Shown in pieces: positions 51,725 to 62,439 of a stretch of 64,000 nt of DNA. The notes under the pieces were generated by a model that saw only the letters and a list, made by a program, of their open reading frames with translations, did not search any database and was not told the origin of the DNA. The position numbers and the translations under genes are program-made. This DNA is from an uncultured delta proteobacterium (GTDB taxonomy: Bacteria > Desulfobacterota > Binatia > Binatales > Binataceae), in the NCBI GenBank assembly GCA_963842085.1, contig CAWJET010000001.1, positions 1,600,001 through 1,664,000 of the forward strand, in the 5' to 3' direction. How positions within the stretch are numbered: the stretch's first letter is position 1; each line of letters opens with the position of its first letter.

Positions 51725-52156
51725 GTAAAAACAAGCTGCGGAATCGGTCAGCCAGAAATAAGGAGGAAGGCAATCAGCCGGCCGACCGAAATTCACAAAA
51801 CAAAGCCATTTGGGGTGCAGACCGCAGCCCCTCCCGAGCTCGCCAGCCTATGTGCAGCACGTCTCGCTCGATCGCACCATGGGCCCTACTGTTCCGGCAG
51901 CGGATCCGGATGGTCTTGCCGGGGGCTCAAGGGTTGCTTGGCGACCAATCAGTTGCAAGGCCAAGGCCACTGGTCTCACTCCTTTGATAGGACGTCATTG
52001 ATCGCGTACCGCCTTCTCCGCCTCTTCCGACTGCGCATCGATTCTCGATCCCATCTCACCGCTCCTTCCGCAGTTAAAGATGAGCCAAAAACACTCTCTT
52101 CCTCAATCGCCTCGAACTGTCCAACTTGTGCTGACGGGGAACAACTCGCCCCTTGC

Positions 52157-52414
52157 TCAGCTCTTCTGTGGCCGACCTTTGCTGTCGGATTGGTGTGCCA
52201 GTGTCGTTCGCAGGGTTTTCTCGTTGACCCTCCAAGTAATTCCAATCTTGAAGCCCGGAATGTCTCCGCGCCTGATGAGCCGGTAGACCGTATTGCGATG
52301 CAGACGCAAGATTTGGGCGACCTCGCTGATCGTGAGGAACGTCTCGAAACCGTGCGTGTGCACTCTTGCCTTGTCCGGGATCCGAGTCCGAACTTCACGG
52401 ATTTGCTTGTTCAT
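52157..52414 (-). CDS. HTH_17 DNA-binding protein
   Basis: LTISEVAQILRLHRNTVYRLIRRGDIPGFKIGITWRV. Confidence 0.85.
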   Translation of the reverse strand: MNKQIREVRTRIPDKARVHTHGFETFLTISEVAQILRLHRNTVYRLIRRGDIPGFKIGITWRVNEKTLRTTLAHQSDSKGRPQKS

Positions 52415-52940
52415 TCGGGCACGCGTACAGCCGTTACCCTTTTACTCTTCCATCTTGGCAGCGATGTGCGCTCTGACTCGGCGTGACTTGGTGAATTTGA
52501 CCGGCAATGCTCGCTCAGATACTGCAAAATATCGTGGGTGGCTGGCATACCGCACCGAAAATTAAGAGCCTGCGGCTACCAAAAGAGCTTCGAACGTGCC
52601 TGAACGGAGATAGATTTCGGATAACTAGGCCTAGGACCATCAATTGAGAAACACCTCGGAGCGCAGTGACGGTGCCCGCCAGAGCGTCGGATGGGCCGAT
52701 CCACGGCGCCGTGCCCCAGCGAGGTCTGCCCGGTGTCCGCAGATTCAACAGACGGGGGACTCGACAAATCATTTGACAAGAGTAGGATATGTGCTTGGCG
52801 CTTGAGGGGTTGTGGAGGCGGGTGATGCGGTGGAAGCGCCATCTCACCGCTAACCGCAAAATTTGGCTCGGTCTCGGCGAGAGGGCATCGCTAATAACTA
52901 GCGTAGTCTTCCGGCCGCTTGACCGCTTGGAGGGAAAGCG

Positions 52941-53399
52941 ATGAAAAGCGATCTGCAAGAGAATGAAGGTACGATTGATTGCAAGTCCGAACTCACTCGG
53001 CCACCGGCAGCCGCCGGGTCCTCATCGGTCCGGACTGGCTCTTGTCTCGGCAAGGGGTCCGAAATCATAGGGACGGTAGTCTTCGAAGGCCCGGTTGTCA
53101 TTGACGGCAAAGTGGAAGGAGAGATCGAGGGACCGGACAACATCACCGTGGGTAAGAACGGGTCCGTAATTACTACCAGGCTCACCGCCGACTCGATCGT
53201 CATCGGAGGGTCGGTGAAGGTCAAATCGATAGCGAGTAGACGCATCGAAATTCTTCCGACCGGAAAAGTTTGGGGCGACCTAGCCTCACCTTCGTTGCTC
53301 ATCCATGAAGGCGCCGAATTCGTAGGGAAAGCCTTTGCGCGAGAAGCGCAGCGAGAGCCAAACGGCTCGGGGAGACGGACCAGGGAGTCGCGCGGATAA
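52941..53399 (+). CDS. Bactofilin
   Basis: LGKGSEIIG...IDGKVEGEI...IHEGAEFVG; GGAGG RBS. Confidence 0.9.
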   Translation: MKSDLQENEGTIDCKSELTRPPAAAGSSSVRTGSCLGKGSEIIGTVVFEGPVVIDGKVEGEIEGPDNITVGKNGSVITTRLTADSIVIGGSVKVKSIASRRIEILPTGKVWGDLASPSLLIHEGAEFVGKAFAREAQREPNGSGRRTRESRG

Positions 53400-53672
53400 A
53401 AGGGGCGGCGCGCTGCGACCGCGGCGCCGCGCCGCCGGGCAGCGATCAAGGTCGTTTCAAGAAGCCATGCGCTCTGCGACGATCTCATCGCGCGTCGCAG
53501 TAGGGAGTGTGTCGGAAATTTTGTGTTCGAGCCATACGGCCGCCTCCGATTTAAGGTCAGATTCACTCCAATTTCAGCATTACAGGTGAGGACGCACGTA
53601 GGTGCATTAGAAATCTGAAACAAACGCACTGGCCGCTCGGGGGGGTGCGCATCACGATATCGGAGGTTCCCG

Positions 53673-53915
53673 ATGAATCTGATTCACGACGGAGATGGTG
53701 AGCTGGTGAAACGGACCGCGACAAGCCAAACCGAACTCAGCAGTCTTCTTACCATCCAAGAGGTCGCCGAAGTGTTGCGCACGCACCCTACGACAATCTA
53801 TCGCTTGATCAGGCGCGGCGAGCTTCCGGGGTTCAAGATCGGCGGCAACTGGAGGATTAACCGAGCGTCCCTTGATTCATGGCTGTCGGCACCACGCCAC
53901 ACCCGCAACATCTGA
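53673..53915 (+). CDS. HTH_17 DNA-binding protein
   Basis: LTIQEVAEVLRTHPTTIYRLIRRGELPGFKIGGNWRI; GGAGG RBS. Confidence 0.9.
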   Translation: MNLIHDGDGELVKRTATSQTELSSLLTIQEVAEVLRTHPTTIYRLIRRGELPGFKIGGNWRINRASLDSWLSAPRHTRNI

Positions 53916-54008
53916 CCTCAAAAGCTTGAGTCGCAAGAGCGATTCTTCGAACCAGAACTTCCCGCTTGACCGCAACGACCCTCCCGTGAAACCACGGAGC
54001 TCAATTCT

Positions 54009-54773
54009 CTATTTTGGCCAGCTGGCCTCAGCTGGCCAGTTCCGTCGCGCCACATTCCAATCGTGACCAGCCGCCGCGACGGCCGCGGCGTAGCGCGAAT
54101 CAATGTTGAGGTTCTCGATCTTCCAGTTCGACCTGTCTGAGGAGTTCTCGGTTCCAACCAGAGTCGCCGTTTCGCCCTGAATCAACGACACATCAAACGA
54201 ATCCAGCGAGATTGAAAGTCCCATTCCTCGCGCCTTGATATACGCCTCTTTACGTGCCCAGCAGCCAAAGAATCCTGCGAGTCTCAGCGGTTGCGGCATG
54301 GCTTCCAGTGCCGCGATCTCGTTAACCGAGAAGAACCTTTTCGCCACCTCCTCGGAAGGCACGGAGTTGTCGATCAACTCGACATCCACCCCAACGTCAC
54401 GATCGATTGCGACTGCAATCAGTATTACTTCGTTGGAATGAGACAGGTTGAAACTCAAGTTACGAACTTCCCTTGAATCCGCCAGACGCGGTTTGCCGAA
54501 TTTGTTGTAGAGAAACCGCAGAGCAGAGGGCCTTGTCTCGAGATAGCTGGCCAGGACAGCGCGCAGAATTCCGCGTCGGCCGACAAAATTCTTCCGATCG
54601 CGTTCAAAATGAAATCTCCCCGCGCGCGCGATCTCATCCGCGGAGAGCGTGCGCTCCAGTTCGCCTAGTCGTTGCGATCCAATCTCCGTGCTGGCTAGCC
54701 AGACGTGGAGCTCGTCGCGATTTAATTTGACTTTCGTACCCATCTGGCCCAAACGGTTTTCAACCGCGCGCAT
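54009..54773 (-). CDS. Sfp-type 4'-phosphopantetheinyl transferase
   Basis: GKPRL, FNLSHS, VGVDVE, WARKEAYIKARG. Confidence 0.95.
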   Translation of the reverse strand: MRAVENRLGQMGTKVKLNRDELHVWLASTEIGSQRLGELERTLSADEIARAGRFHFERDRKNFVGRRGILRAVLASYLETRPSALRFLYNKFGKPRLADSREVRNLSFNLSHSNEVILIAVAIDRDVGVDVELIDNSVPSEEVAKRFFSVNEIAALEAMPQPLRLAGFFGCWARKEAYIKARGMGLSISLDSFDVSLIQGETATLVGTENSSDRSNWKIENLNIDSRYAAAVAAAGHDWNVARRNWPAEASWPK

Positions 54774-55147
54774 TTGGCGTTGACGCGGCTTAGTAGAGCA
54801 AGTTCAGCGGCACCAATGCCAGCCGGCCGCCACCACTGTTGCAACAAACACTCATTGGTCCGGTGGCTTCACACGCTGATCGCGACGTCGCTCGCTGGCG
54901 CGCTCTTCATTTTCGCGATAGCCGGCGACAACGACGCTACCTGGCGCTTTGCGAGGGCACCGCTCGCGTCAGCGTGGCACTGGGGCGAGTGACTGGGCTG
55001 CGGCCGCGCAAACCACAGCGCCCATGCCCGAAGCACGGCACTCACGTCGATCATCTGCTCGAGCGCGATGATTGCCGGAGCGTCCTCGGGGCCGAGGTCC
55101 CGCTGAAGCTCGGTTGATCGCTTGATTTCGACGACGAGATGTGGCGG

Positions 55148-55543
55148 CTAGTCGGCGACGTTGCGAAACAGCGACCGATTCCAAGTCGACCCCGGCAACG
55201 GCACGACGTAGTTGCCCGGATTCGCCTGAATCTCTTCACGCGCCGACGGATATCTGTCGAGAAACTGTTGTAGCGCCGGATGCTTCTCGACATACGCCGG
55301 CCGGGCCACCAGCCCGGGAGAGATCGCGATTTGATCGGCGATTGCAGGATCGGCGTGTTGCGCTGCGTCGAACGCACTCAGCTCATCGAGGTTCAGGTTT
55401 GCAGTGCCCGGCTCAAACTCGATCGTGATTTCGGGCTTGCCGCCGCTGGCGGGAATGACGATCGTGCCTTGCGCCGCGAGGGCTGCGGAAGCGAGCGTGA
55501 CGCCGATCGCGGCAGTAACGAGCGCGCAGGCAATTGCCTTCAT
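55148..55543 (-). CDS. Small secreted protein
   Basis: GGAGG RBS; signal peptide MKAIACALVTAAIGVTLASAALA. Confidence 0.8.
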   Translation of the reverse strand: MKAIACALVTAAIGVTLASAALAAQGTIVIPASGGKPEITIEFEPGTANLNLDELSAFDAAQHADPAIADQIAISPGLVARPAYVEKHPALQQFLDRYPSAREEIQANPGNYVVPLPGSTWNRSLFRNVAD

Positions 55544-56521
55544 TACGGACCCTCCATAACAGTTGAACGGACACGCGCGAGTCGACCCGCGGTATACAGG
55601 AATGCCGTTAACCCAGGACGCGGATTTCGACTCGCAGCGCCGGATGGACGATACCGGCACCGGAGGTGAAGCGCCAGCGGCGGCCTCTTAAAACTTGCTC
55701 CGCGCGTATCGCCCGGAGGTTACCCATCCTCCGCGCGCACTAGGCCTGCGGAAACAGCAACCTCGATTCACGCCTCACGATGGCCGACGCCGTATGCCAG
55801 GCACTCCTGCCGTGGGCAAACGAAGAGCCTAGACGCTCAACCATGCTCTGCGCGTTCCAGCGCGGTTTCACGGACTTCCGCTTTCCTCTTTGATAATTCG
55901 GCTGCGTCTGGGCTGTGGATTCATTCAAGCCATGTGATTCCCCAAGCAAGCGTGCGCGCAGGAAGGCTTCGAACGTACCGGCGCCACGGATCTGCGCGTT
56001 AAACAGGTAAGCATGCGCGTGGGTCTCGATAACCTCCTCATGCAGACCGAGAAGGGGATCGTCGCTGTTCCACAGCCTCTCGCGATGGTTGGTCGGGGTC
56101 TGTTTTGCTCTGGCGTGTTGGCTTCGCTGCTTGCTCTTCGCTTTTCTCTCCGGGACGATTTGATCGTCGCCCAGGACGAACGGTTGGCTCGCTTCACAAT
56201 TCTGCATCAAGGAACCCTCCCATCTGCTACCTGCCGGGCGGTAGCCACCCTCAGCGTGCAGCAAGACGCGTACCATTTTTCGTCGTCGGTTTCGGCATTC
56301 GCGGATTGAACCAAATACACAATGAAAAGCGGGAGTTTCCGGCCAGTCAGCGCTTCCTCAAACCATTTCCGGCGCAAGCAACGCTGATTCGACATTTGTC
56401 CGATCAGCCGCCTACATGATGCGGCTCCGCAACGTTTTGATGAACGTCTGCATCACGAACGAGCTCACCTGTGTGTAAATGAGATCCGGCCGCACGGACA
56501 GAAATCAAAGGAGCTCAGCGG

Positions 56522-56760
56522 TCACTGGCAAAACGCATGACCCATTTGTGCAGCGTCTTCTCGCACACGTCCAAGGCCGCGGCCACTGCCACCGCCGTTT
56601 CGCCCGCTGAAACTCGCCTGGCCAGCTCTGCTCGACCATGCGGGCGTGGCGCGCGCATTCTTATGAATGTCCATGCGGGGTGACCTCCTGCGTAGGTGTT
56701 GAGTTCGCACCCTTCACCTTCCAGTGTCGTACCGGAAGGACAGCCTATTGAGACATCACA
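56522..56760 (-). mobile_element. IS481-family left-end remnant
   Basis: TGTGATGTCTCAATAGG end; GGAGG then MDIHKNARATP. Confidence 0.8.
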
Positions 56761-56897
56761 CCCAAAGAGGTAAGGCCAACTCCTCGCCCGAATTAAGACA
56801 GCACCAGTTACATTTGCACGGGTTAATGGCCAAGCCTAAGCTCAAACCTTGGAGCGGCGCGGATCATTGGCCAATTGCGCCCAGAGGAGTTTTTGCG

Positions 56898-57368
56898 ATG
56901 GCGCTGTTCACGAAAGAGCCTGAAAAGAATCCGAAAATCCAACCCACCACGACGCCGCAAGGGCCGCCCGAGGGAAGGGCGTATCTCGATCGAGGATCGA
57001 GAATCACCGGCAAAATCTGCTTCGAGGGTCCCGCGAGAATCGACGGTGAGGTCGACGGCGAGATCAATGCCAAGGACAGCCTCACGATTGGCGAGTCCGC
57101 CGTGGTTACCGCCCAGATTCGCGGCGCTTCCGTGTCCGTCGCGGGTAAGGTCAGCGGTGATATCGTTGCGAGCCAGCGAATCGAAATCCGTCCTTCGGCG
57201 AAGTTGAACGGAAATATCACAGCTCCCTTGCTTTCGGTTCACGAAGGCGCGCTGTTCGAGGGACATTGCTCAATACATCCCGAGGGCATCCGCGAAGACC
57301 GCAAAGTAACCATATTGCCCAAGGAGGAGCGCGCGGCGCAGGCCGCCGGAGGACAGAAGCAGGCCTGA
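56898..57368 (+). CDS. Bactofilin
   Basis: YLDRGSRITG...IDGEVDGEI...VHEGALFEGHC; AGGAG RBS. Confidence 0.93.
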   Translation: MALFTKEPEKNPKIQPTTTPQGPPEGRAYLDRGSRITGKICFEGPARIDGEVDGEINAKDSLTIGESAVVTAQIRGASVSVAGKVSGDIVASQRIEIRPSAKLNGNITAPLLSVHEGALFEGHCSIHPEGIREDRKVTILPKEERAAQAAGGQKQA

Positions 57369-57384
57369 ATTGCTCCGCCCCGGT

Positions 57385-57780
57385 TCAGAGAGGCCCTCGC
57401 CGCCCGGCACTTTGGTAGTTGAGGGGCAGGCTATGGCGATCCGGGTCGTACCGCTCGCCCGAGAGCCACACGACGATTGGGCCGTCGCGCTCCTCGAGCT
57501 CGGCATCGCGCCAGACAAAACCGCTGCGGAACACGTTCAGCGCGGCAGCCAGCAGATCGTGCATCATCTCGACGTCGGTGTCGTCGACGATTTCGATCTC
57601 CTGCCGGTCCGCGGCCTTGACGTTGTCCGGCTGGACCATGATTCGCGACAGTGCGGTGGTGGCGCGGGCTAACAGCGCGTTGCGGTTGTCCGCTTCGATC
57701 TCGATCGCGAGTACTTTGCCGCGTTCGACCTTGTACAGTCCTCCTTCATCGGCCATCTTCATCTCCTCTGATCTTTTCAT
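57385..57780 (-). CDS. Archease-like protein (apparently truncated or divergent)
   Basis: LAIEIEA..RNALLARA..AL, LSGERYDPDRH; the usual terminal DHTAD and KAVTYH motifs are not visible. Confidence 0.6.
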   Translation of the reverse strand: MKRSEEMKMADEGGLYKVERGKVLAIEIEADNRNALLARATTALSRIMVQPDNVKAADRQEIEIVDDTDVEMMHDLLAAALNVFRSGFVWRDAELEERDGPIVVWLSGERYDPDRHSLPLNYQSAGRRGPL

Positions 57781-58368
57781 ATGTGCCCGGGCTCGCGCTC
57801 GCGCCGGCTATCGCGTTCGAGCTGCACGGTCATTTGACGGATGTTGAACTTGCGCACGTGCGAGATGTTCGCCAGCACGCGATCGTGATCGGCGTCTATC
57901 CTTTATCACCGGTGCGCCGCGAGCGCGAATTGCTGCGAGGAGAGGTCACCACACGCGCAAGTCGTGGACCTCTTCGGTGCCTTCCACCGCGAGCAGGTCG
58001 CTGCGCCACTGCTCGAGGTCGATGCGGCGGGAACCGACTCCATCATGACCTCGGCACCCTCGCACATCAGACCCACGTAACCCGGACAATCACCTCTGTC
58101 GTCGCACTCGCAGTCGAAGCTGCCGATATCCGACTTGAAGTCGCACCGATGCTAGGCGTTATGCAAAAGTAGAGTTCGATCCAGATCAAAGAGATGTCGA
58201 GCATATCGATGACGACAAAGCTCCAAGACCCTGATAGACTTGTCTTGAGTCGCTGTTTGGCCGCGCGGGTTTCGAGTGAAATGAACTGGCGCGAAACCGC
58301 GGCGAATCTTTAGCGTATCTAGGACTAGCGCTCATCATCATTACTGCTCGACAAGGAGCAAGAAGTAC

Positions 58369-58737
58369 GTGCCCGAAGAATCAACCAGTACCATGGGTCA
58401 GAGTGACGACGCGCTGGCGCGGCTCGAGCGACGCATCGAAAGCCTCGAGTTCGCGACGCAGCGGGAAAATCGATGGTGGCGAGGTGGCTTGATTGCGGCG
58501 CTCGTGCTGGTGGCGCTATCGATTTTGATAGCCGGCCATCACCGACATCATTACCCGCCGTGGATGATGGGAACGCGAGGCGGAGGAGGGGCGCGCATGA
58601 TGCCCTATGGCCCACCTCCGCCGCCTTACTGGGGTTATGGTCCCGGCAGCGGCTACTACGGACCCTCTGAGGGTTGGCGCTATCGCCAATGGAATGGCCC
58701 AGGCCCCGCGACTCAGCCGCCTCCGCCCAAGGGCTGA
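58369..58737 (+). CDS. Small single-TM protein with a Pro/Gly/Tyr-rich tail
   Basis: Coiled coil, one TM, then a low-complexity tail; AAGGAG RBS. Confidence 0.7.
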   Translation: MPEESTSTMGQSDDALARLERRIESLEFATQRENRWWRGGLIAALVLVALSILIAGHHRHHYPPWMMGTRGGGGARMMPYGPPPPPYWGYGPGSGYYGPSEGWRYRQWNGPGPATQPPPPKG

Positions 58738-59146
58738 TTTACAAGGACCCCGGCCTCTCGACGCCCCGGTTCTTGCGCGCTTCGGCTTGACCTTTGATGC
58801 GCCGTCGGGCGGCCGCGGCGCCTGGCCGCTCATGGAAAGCGCGGTTCCAGCCGCCGCGACGTTCCTAGTCCACCGCATGAAGCTCCGGCATCACCGCTTT
58901 CACCGTCGCGGGCGACTCAAGACGTAACAAACATTAGATCATGATCGTGCTGCACTTCGTTAGCGGTATACGTGACACGGCGGCTTCATAGGAATACGAC
59001 CCCTTGATGGAGCGGCGCCGGAAAACTCGCACGTTCTTCGAAGAATCTTCCGGCGGTTGCGGACATCGTTGTCGCTGCTTTCCTCTTACGCGGAGAAGAG
59101 CGGGCGGCGCCAGCACCTCCTTGAGCGACTTGAAGGCGTCGAGCAA

Positions 59147-59656
59147 CTACCGGGGTAAACCTTGTGGCCTTCGCTCGAAGCTCTGCGCCAGCGCCGAGAA
59201 TTCCTGGCGAAGGGTCTTGGCCGGTTCAAATTGGACGGCGAGACGCACAAGTTTATCCTGAAGCGTAGCCGCGGGCTCGAGCGCTGCGACAAGTTGGCTC
59301 AAACTCTCGCAGAATGCCGCGCAAAAGTGATCGAGCTCCTGCTCTAACGCCTGCAGGGGCGTGAATTGCTTCAGGACCTGTTGAAGCCGGTCCCGGAAAT
59401 TATGCATCGGCTCGAGCACTTTGGCCAGCTTCTCGATCCGCATCTCGAACTCACGGAGAGGCTCAAACACTTTTGCCAGCTCGGCCAGCTGGTGCATAGG
59501 TCCCGCAACATATGCGATCTGAGCGAGCCGTTCTTGCAGTGGCCTGACCTGCTCAAAAACCGTCGACACCGCGAGATGGGGTTGAAACGGCTCGGAACGC
59601 CCCCCCGTCGGTGAGTCTGCGCCGCGGAGAATTGCATCCAAGTCAAACAGTATCAT
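59147..59656 (-). CDS. Proline-punctuated amphipathic helical-repeat protein, copy 1
   Basis: Paralog of 60735-61211; AGGAG RBS. Confidence 0.8.
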   Translation of the reverse strand: MILFDLDAILRGADSPTGGRSEPFQPHLAVSTVFEQVRPLQERLAQIAYVAGPMHQLAELAKVFEPLREFEMRIEKLAKVLEPMHNFRDRLQQVLKQFTPLQALEQELDHFCAAFCESLSQLVAALEPAATLQDKLVRLAVQFEPAKTLRQEFSALAQSFERRPQGLPR

Positions 59657-59751
59657 CGTGTTCTCCTAGGTCAGAACGTGATGGCTGTCGATACTATTCC
59701 CGGACTAGGAGATTCGAGCGCAGGGTTGGTCGGGCGAGCAGCAACTGCCGA

Positions 59752-60732
59752 TCAGATGCTACCGCTGCTTCGCGTCAGGGACTTGCTCCGCCTGAGAAAT
59801 ATTGCGAGAGCAGCGCTTGCTACCAACAGAATCTCGCCGCCCAGAAGGGTCTTGGAGTCGCCCGTCTTGCCCAACCTCGCAGCTCGTTCAATGAACGATG
59901 AACCAGGTAGGGCCAGCTTGGACGACAGATGATGCCACCAATTCAACATCAACTTGACGCAGCTCCACATCATCGCTGCCAGCAAAACGAGTGCGGAGGA
60001 AAAGACCCCGAACTGGCGAAGCGGGCTGCGAGCATTGCTACCCGTCCATGAATCTGATTCAAGCAGTTTCGCCAGGGCGTCGCGGCGAATACGCTCGGCC
60101 ATCTCGCTAAAGTCCGGTATCGGCGGTTCGACTTTCTTGCCCGGGACTTGGAGCGGCTCGGGTAGATCGGTTACTTGCAAGTTCGCTCGTTTCCTAGCTT
60201 CGCGAATTTGACCCAATATGAACAGCAGGTCTTGCTTGCAAGTCAAAGATCCCAGCAGAGATGCGCTGGACAGCGCGTCGAGCTCCTGAGGAGTCACCCG
60301 GAGGCGCTCGATGACTTGATGGTCGTTGCGAAATTCTTCGATGATGTCGTGCTGGCTTGATTGAGCTTCGATTTGACGGTCCGGGGTCTCTGAACTCTCA
60401 TCGCCCTCGAACGCAGCGATCTGTTCTGGTTCTCCCTCGATATCTGAAACCATCCCCGTCAGAACCTCGACAGGCGTGGTCGCGACGAGGCATGGGTCCG
60501 CTGACGTGATTGATGGAGTGCCACCGACAAGCTCAGAGGGCTTCGAACGACCTTCCTGCGACTTAGGAGGTTGTTGTTGCTCGCTTTCGCTTGGCGAGGA
60601 GCAAGTGAGTGGCCTCGACATCGTTTTGAGCGAATCGAAGGCGCCGAGCAACTCGCGGACCAATCTCTCGGTGTCGACAGGTGCGGTGTCCAATTTTTGA
60701 TCTCCCGGTTCTGGATTTTCTGCTGGTTTCAC
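59752..60732 (-). CDS. Hypothetical protein with an acidic disordered N-terminus and two C-terminal TM segments
   Basis: 326-aa ORF starting 2 bp after the upstream stop. Confidence 0.65.
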   Translation of the reverse strand: MKPAENPEPGDQKLDTAPVDTERLVRELLGAFDSLKTMSRPLTCSSPSESEQQQPPKSQEGRSKPSELVGGTPSITSADPCLVATTPVEVLTGMVSDIEGEPEQIAAFEGDESSETPDRQIEAQSSQHDIIEEFRNDHQVIERLRVTPQELDALSSASLLGSLTCKQDLLFILGQIREARKRANLQVTDLPEPLQVPGKKVEPPIPDFSEMAERIRRDALAKLLESDSWTGSNARSPLRQFGVFSSALVLLAAMMWSCVKLMLNWWHHLSSKLALPGSSFIERAARLGKTGDSKTLLGGEILLVASAALAIFLRRSKSLTRSSGSI

Positions 60733-60734
60733 GC

Positions 60735-61211
60735 TTACTGGGGTAAACCTTCTGGCTTTCGCTCGAAACTCTGCGCGAGCGTCGAGAATTCTTCGCGAAG
60801 GGTCTTGGCCGGCTCAAATGCAGTAGCAAGATGCGCGAGTCGATCCTGAAGCGCAGCCGCCGGCTCGAGCGCGGCGACAAGTTGGCTCAAACTTTCGCCG
60901 AACGCCGCGGAAAGCTGGTCAAGCTCGCGATCCAGATCCTGCAGGGGCGCGAACTGCTTCAGGACCTGTCGAAGCTGGTCCTGGAAATTGTGCATCGGCT
61001 CGAGCACCTTGGCCAGCTCTTTGATCTTCACCTCGAACTCGCGGAGAGGCTCAAACACATTTGCCAGCACGGAAAGCTGGTGCATCGGTTCCAGAATGAC
61101 CGCGATCTGAGCGAGCTGTTCTTGCAGTGGCCTGACCTGCTCGAAAACCGTCGATACCGCCAGACCCGGCTGAAACGAAACCTGCTCATTTGACATTCCA
61201 ATTCCTCCCAT
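60735..61211 (-). CDS. Proline-punctuated amphipathic helical-repeat protein, copy 2
   Basis: Recurrent L/F-E-P units; paralog of 59147-59656. Confidence 0.8.
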   Translation of the reverse strand: MGGIGMSNEQVSFQPGLAVSTVFEQVRPLQEQLAQIAVILEPMHQLSVLANVFEPLREFEVKIKELAKVLEPMHNFQDQLRQVLKQFAPLQDLDRELDQLSAAFGESLSQLVAALEPAAALQDRLAHLATAFEPAKTLREEFSTLAQSFERKPEGLPQ

Positions 61212-62050
61212 TTTTTAGCTATGAAAAATTGTTTAGCCTTTTGGCTAGAGTCCGATTTGGTGCCCGCAAGCTATCGAATTCCACGCCCGAATGGTCGCTG
61301 AAGATTGATGAGCATTGACGAACGTGCCTTCGCTTCGCAACCAGCCATTCTGGCGTATTGTTCTAGCTAACTGACGGCTCACCTTTGCTACTCCTCGACA
61401 GACGGATTTTCGGTCATAGTTCGGCATGAGTCAAGCCCCCATATCTTGTGTTTTAGTCAGCTTATGCAAATCGTAGTATCCCCACATAAAATGAAGCGCG
61501 GAATCCATGTTGCGTCTTCTCCAAAATTAGTTCGCGGGGATTTGGTGGTTTTGCTCATGGCCGCGGAAGGTCCGGCGTTTGACCGCAAGAGTAACGAACT
61601 TCGCTCCGTCCCGCCGCCATATGAAGAGGCGGACTTTTTGGGGAACTGGCTCGCGAGACACACCTTCCAACTTTTCCATGTTTTCGGTTGCTTGCGCTGA
61701 CCCCCGCTTCTATGCCGACTCCCAAGCGGCGCAATTTTAGCCGTTGATGCAAAACATGACTCGTAGTTGGCTTGTGCTAACTGAGCGCGCGATCTACGGT
61801 GAGAGCTAACACCGGAGACGTTTCACCAGATTGCGGTCCACCTCGGGATCGTCGCCTGCGAGAGTGCGGGCGCCTCATGGGGTCGGAGTCTTTCCCCGGA
61901 CTCGATGTTGAACTGCAACCAAATGCTGCGCGAATGCAACAACCTTAGATCCGCAATTTTAGATCCAGAAAACAGCAGAAGAAGCTGCCGCACAAGGCGC
62001 GCGGCTCACGCCACGTTCCTGTGAATCACAAAAGGGACGAAATAGCGTCA

Positions 62051-62163
62051 GCAACAGATTGTTGCATACCTTCTACAAATTGTAGCTATAAGCTTACTGT
62101 TGGCGGGAGTGCGCCTTATCTTCGGGGCGTTATCGAGCAATCGCCTGTGGCACATTGATTGCT
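62051..62163 (+). promoter_or_regulatory. Sigma54-type promoter with upstream palindromes
   Basis: TGGCAC-ATTGA-TTGCT at 62148-62163; GCAACA-gat-TGTTGC at 62051-62065; CTACA-aat-TGTAG at 62073-62085. Confidence 0.7.
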
Positions 62164-62439
62164 GTTAGCGAAGAGGGGGGTCTGTTGGGTGGGATGATTG
62201 GGTGGGATGAAAAGATGCCACACGCTGGGAGGGTGCGAGGATGCTGCCAGCGAGTTCAACTGGAATCCGCTATATACAACTTGAGCTAAGCCAGGCAAGA
62301 TCCTTGCACACTGTAAAACTGAACCGTCTCCTTCTTAAATTTCGCGAACTCTGGAAGGGAGAGGTCGGTCTCCAGAGGCCGCGTAGGTCGATCGACCGCG
62401 AGCTGCAAGAGAGCGAGTCAATGGATTTGCCGTAGCTGG

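Noticed and set aside
40600-51800. Complete prophage
   Set aside because: No integrase, att repeat, terminase, capsid, tail or lysis genes are visible.
56237-56247. GGCGGTAG ops-like motif
   Set aside because: Incomplete consensus and not in the leader of a polysaccharide operon.
55740-56276. 178-aa ORF with a protein-like middle segment
   Set aside because: No recognisable motif or clear start; could be real but is unsupported.
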